Origin: a virus
Taxonomy: Duplodnaviria; Caudoviricetes
Reading direction: 5' to 3' (one strand)
DNA length: 63,906 nt
IMG/VR virus record: IMGVR_UViG_3300010371_000004
Coordinates: 1-63,906 of that record
Numbering within the stretch: position 1 is the first letter of the stretch; each line of letters opens with the position of its first letter. The notes beneath the pieces were generated by a model, which saw only the letters and a program-made list of their open reading frames with translations, searched no databases and was not told where the DNA came from. Of the stretch, positions 60,866 to 63,906 are shown piece by piece. Made by a program: the position numbers and the translations under genes.

Positions 60866-62139
60866 TTGTCGCTTGAAACCTTGTTCGTTTCGGCTGTATC
60901 TGGCTTACTCGTTCTTAGTGTATCACCATCCGGCAATGGTTTCATGTTCAACTTAGCCCGTCCTTCGTTTGGAGTTTCGACAGGGCCACCTGTTGCGATC
61001 ATGATTTGCCTTACAAGTCGCTCTTTCAGCGCGGGCACTTTGGACAGATCGTAAAGGAAAACCTGACCCTCCTGACCCAGTTCAGGAATGATGCTCTCGG
61101 TCAGTTGCAACGCCCGGTGAGCAAGGTAGGGCAAGATGAACAGGTCAAAAACTACATCTACCGCAGCCTCAAAGCTCGCCCGATTGTTCGATTTGTCGAG
61201 CCCTGTTCCTAGTCCAAGAATAACCGGGGGAATGTGGAAGACCGAACAAACTCGCTCCTCTGAAAAGTCATGGACGCCGTTCAATGCAAGTTGCGAAGGA
61301 TCGAAGCCCAGTTGCTTAACCTCCAGCGGGACAGTGAACACGATGGCGTTACCGGCACCACCGCCTGAAACCTCCGTCTTGATCTTGTCCTGTATCTGGG
61401 TCGCCTGCGACTCGGTTAATTCCCCGTCAACATTCTCGGGCCACGTCTTGGGAAAGATGGCTTGCGGACTTACTCCCGAGTTAGTAACTAATGCGCCCTC
61501 GAGTTTCGTTGCGTTCTTGTCTGCCACCAATTCAGGCAACGCCGAATCAATCGGGCTCATACCGAGTTGCGGCCACAGAGGGTTAACTGTCATCCATCGC
61601 ATGTGAACAACATCTTTTGGTGGAACCGCGTAGTAACCGCTCGCTGTGGCAATCCTGTATTCTGAAATCCAGTCGCCCGAACCGGGGTAGGTGTACGGGT
61701 AGGTCGTGCCCTGGGGCAACAGTTCTAAAGCGATCAACTTGCCGCCCTTGGATCGGTGTTTGTAGGTGTACGAATTTCCTACCGACCCCTCCATGAAGAC
61801 CGAGCCGGTTGTAAGCAGCGTCCCGTCGTACCAGTCATTTGGCTTGACCAGTATTGCGAGCGCTGGCGAATCGTGAACCGGGGTTACTGTCCCGTTGTCG
61901 TCCACGGTTGCGACCATCAAAGGAACCGAGTTCACCATTTGGGCGGCGAAACTCAGAATCGAGTAGACGATGGAATTGTCCCAACGAAGACCCGCTTCCT
62001 TTTGGAAATCTAAGCCCGACTGGTTGACGATGCCCCACGGAGCGCCAGGACCCCATCCACCACCATAGGTAGCGCCGGTGATTGATTTGACTTGTGACTG
62101 ACGGCCCTTTCTTGCAGAATTTAGAACGCCGCTTATCAT
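60862..62139 (-). CDS. Portal protein (HK97 family)
   Basis: KPND...GNSY...DVVHMR...GMSPI...VCSVFHIPPVILG...TPNEGRAKLNMKP. Confidence 0.92.
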   Translation of the reverse strand: MISGVLNSARKGRQSQVKSITGATYGGGWGPGAPWGIVNQSGLDFQKEAGLRWDNSIVYSILSFAAQMVNSVPLMVATVDDNGTVTPVHDSPALAILVKPNDWYDGTLLTTGSVFMEGSVGNSYTYKHRSKGGKLIALELLPQGTTYPYTYPGSGDWISEYRIATASGYYAVPPKDVVHMRWMTVNPLWPQLGMSPIDSALPELVADKNATKLEGALVTNSGVSPQAIFPKTWPENVDGELTESQATQIQDKIKTEVSGGGAGNAIVFTVPLEVKQLGFDPSQLALNGVHDFSEERVCSVFHIPPVILGLGTGLDKSNNRASFEAAVDVVFDLFILPYLAHRALQLTESIIPELGQEGQVFLYDLSKVPALKERLVRQIMIATGGPVETPNEGRAKLNMKPLPDGDTLRTSKPDTAETNKVSSDK

Positions 62140-62281
62140 TTGTCGTCACTCTTCGGAGGCGTCTTGAGGTAACCGTCTAAGGCAAGGTACGCCACCCAAC
62201 AGATCAATCCTAGCACGAAAGCAACGAATAACCCACAAGCAAGACCCAGAACACAGAAGAAGACGGGCGCGAAAAGTGGCA

Positions 62282-63799
62282 TTAGTAGGCTTTGGCTCCA
62301 GGCTTGAACTTCGCGGCTATGGGTGGTCTCAACTTAACCAGTATGTACCTTCCTGCCGCCAGCAAGTGAAATGGAGCATCGTCGAACTCATCCGTTACAG
62401 TTCCAGTCTTTGCGTCTATCTTACGCAAAAACGCATTCAACATGCTTATAAACTTCGGGCAAGTCTCCCAAACATCAAGCGTTCCCTCTCTAAAAAGATC
62501 ATTCATCACCTGATATTGAATCTTTGGATCGGCAAAAATAGGAGACGGCTCTGCCATCGGAATACCGTGAAGACGGAAAGCCTCGCGCCACCCCTGCTCA
62601 CCTGTTCGGTTACCACCCGCGCCGTCTTTGAACTTAGCGCCTAATGGCAGCAACGCCTTAGTATCGCTTGAAATCTGTGACCAGGGTCTAGAGTGACCCG
62701 GCCAATCTTCCCCGATGATGCTTAGACGGCCTGACTCAATATGTTCTGCGACGCAGATCTCGGCGGTATTGTGCCCTCCAAAATCCCCGCCCACGTAGAA
62801 CCAATACTCGTTAGGATCGAGAGCGCGAGCCGATACGACATTACGCGACTCATCAAAGGCATCAATCATCAAGTGCGCGGGCTTGGCTTCCCAGTCACCT
62901 AGTAACAACCGCTTCATTTCCACGTCGTCCTGAGCTTTCAGGTTGCCGATGTAGCCAGGGTTTGCTTTGAGTAGATCCCGGTTATCGTACACTGTCGCAC
63001 GAATGAAAGTTATCGACTTCTCAGGCCGGAAGCAGTTATCGCACCCATCCTTAAAACATCCCTCACCTTTTGGCCCGAGCGTGCATTTTTCTCGTTCTGG
63101 CTTACTGTCGAGCCATACAATCTGATCGTTCTCGCGGATGAACCAACGAAGTTCGCCAGACTTCGCAGGATTCGGGAAACTTCGGTCCACCCACGGAGCA
63201 AGCAGTCTCTTTACCCATCCTGGGGCCGGGTTCGTGCTGCCGCGTATTCGGACCTTGCGTCCACACGTCGAGCGGTTTCTAGACATCAGATACCAGAACT
63301 GCGACTCTAAGAACTCCGTAAGCTCATCGAACAAGATGTCGCATATCTGAGCACCCTTCCATGTGTATTTATCCGCGTCATTTTCTAATCCTGCAAACTG
63401 GATCGAAGCGCCAGACGGGAAAGACCAAAACCGCTCGGTAAGGTTCGGCTTGCCGCCTGATCTCGTGTAAAGATCCATCGACTGATCCCAAATGCCGCCT
63501 TCGTCCTTAACCTGTTTCATCGTGCGGCGAAAGATGACCGCGTTGAAGTCCTTGCAGTCCAGATCTTTGGACGGCTCAAGCAATTCGCCTATTGTCTTGC
63601 CGCCACCTGCTGACCCACCGATGATTGCGATGTCCGCTTCCGTTTCGATGAACATGCGCTGAGGGTCGGAGTTCGGAGGGAAGATCTGTAGAAGCGTCTT
63701 CTTGCCCCCCATTCTCTCCACCCACATAGCCAACTCCCTTTTATCGGCTTCACTACCGTACTTGGCTATATCTTCAGGGGTGAGAGATTCTATCGACAC
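62282..63799 (-). CDS. terL: Terminase large subunit
   Basis: Walker A GGSAGGGKT, Walker B ILFDE, coupling motif GSTNP, nuclease GGDFG. Confidence 0.93.
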   Translation of the reverse strand: MSIESLTPEDIAKYGSEADKRELAMWVERMGGKKTLLQIFPPNSDPQRMFIETEADIAIIGGSAGGGKTIGELLEPSKDLDCKDFNAVIFRRTMKQVKDEGGIWDQSMDLYTRSGGKPNLTERFWSFPSGASIQFAGLENDADKYTWKGAQICDILFDELTEFLESQFWYLMSRNRSTCGRKVRIRGSTNPAPGWVKRLLAPWVDRSFPNPAKSGELRWFIRENDQIVWLDSKPEREKCTLGPKGEGCFKDGCDNCFRPEKSITFIRATVYDNRDLLKANPGYIGNLKAQDDVEMKRLLLGDWEAKPAHLMIDAFDESRNVVSARALDPNEYWFYVGGDFGGHNTAEICVAEHIESGRLSIIGEDWPGHSRPWSQISSDTKALLPLGAKFKDGAGGNRTGEQGWREAFRLHGIPMAEPSPIFADPKIQYQVMNDLFREGTLDVWETCPKFISMLNAFLRKIDAKTGTVTDEFDDAPFHLLAAGRYILVKLRPPIAAKFKPGAKAY

Positions 63800-63906
63800 T
63801 GAGGATATTTTACGCGATGTTGTCTAAACGTAAAAAGAGCCGGACCTTTTGAGGGGTTCAGCTTCCGAGATCTCATGCAAGCTCGCATCCGTCCACAGGC
63901 TGATGA

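Noticed and set aside
63784-63906. 123-bp terminal repeat as a biological DTR
   Set aside because: It cuts through the terL start and is better explained as assembler overlap on a circular contig

Overview
A complete, circularly assembled tailed-phage genome of about 63,783 bp (bases 1-123 repeat at 63784-63906). The minus-strand late region encodes terminase, HK97-type portal, S49 protease, major capsid, head-tail proteins, tail tube, a chaperone with a -1 frameshift, a short tape measure, tail and fibre proteins and a beta-helix tailspike. Other functions include a primase-helicase, DNA methyltransferase, a YqaJ/RecT/PD-(D/E)XK recombination trio, four HNH nucleases, an NlpC/P60 endolysin and tRNA-Asp(GTC). 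Many small hypothetical genes sit in three divergent early modules. I found no integrase, partition system or CRISPR array. Mobile cargo includes an IS1595 transposase next to a 5'-truncated HEPN gene, and a solo TnpB element whose empty site can be rebuilt exactly. The most unusual signal is two unrelated cargo islands (about 25.7-29.9 kb and 42.4-44.3 kb). Each is bracketed by the same pair of conserved, structured non-coding elements, called A and B here, and no cognate recombinase is evident. All calls come from reading motifs by eye; no searches or folding programs were run.
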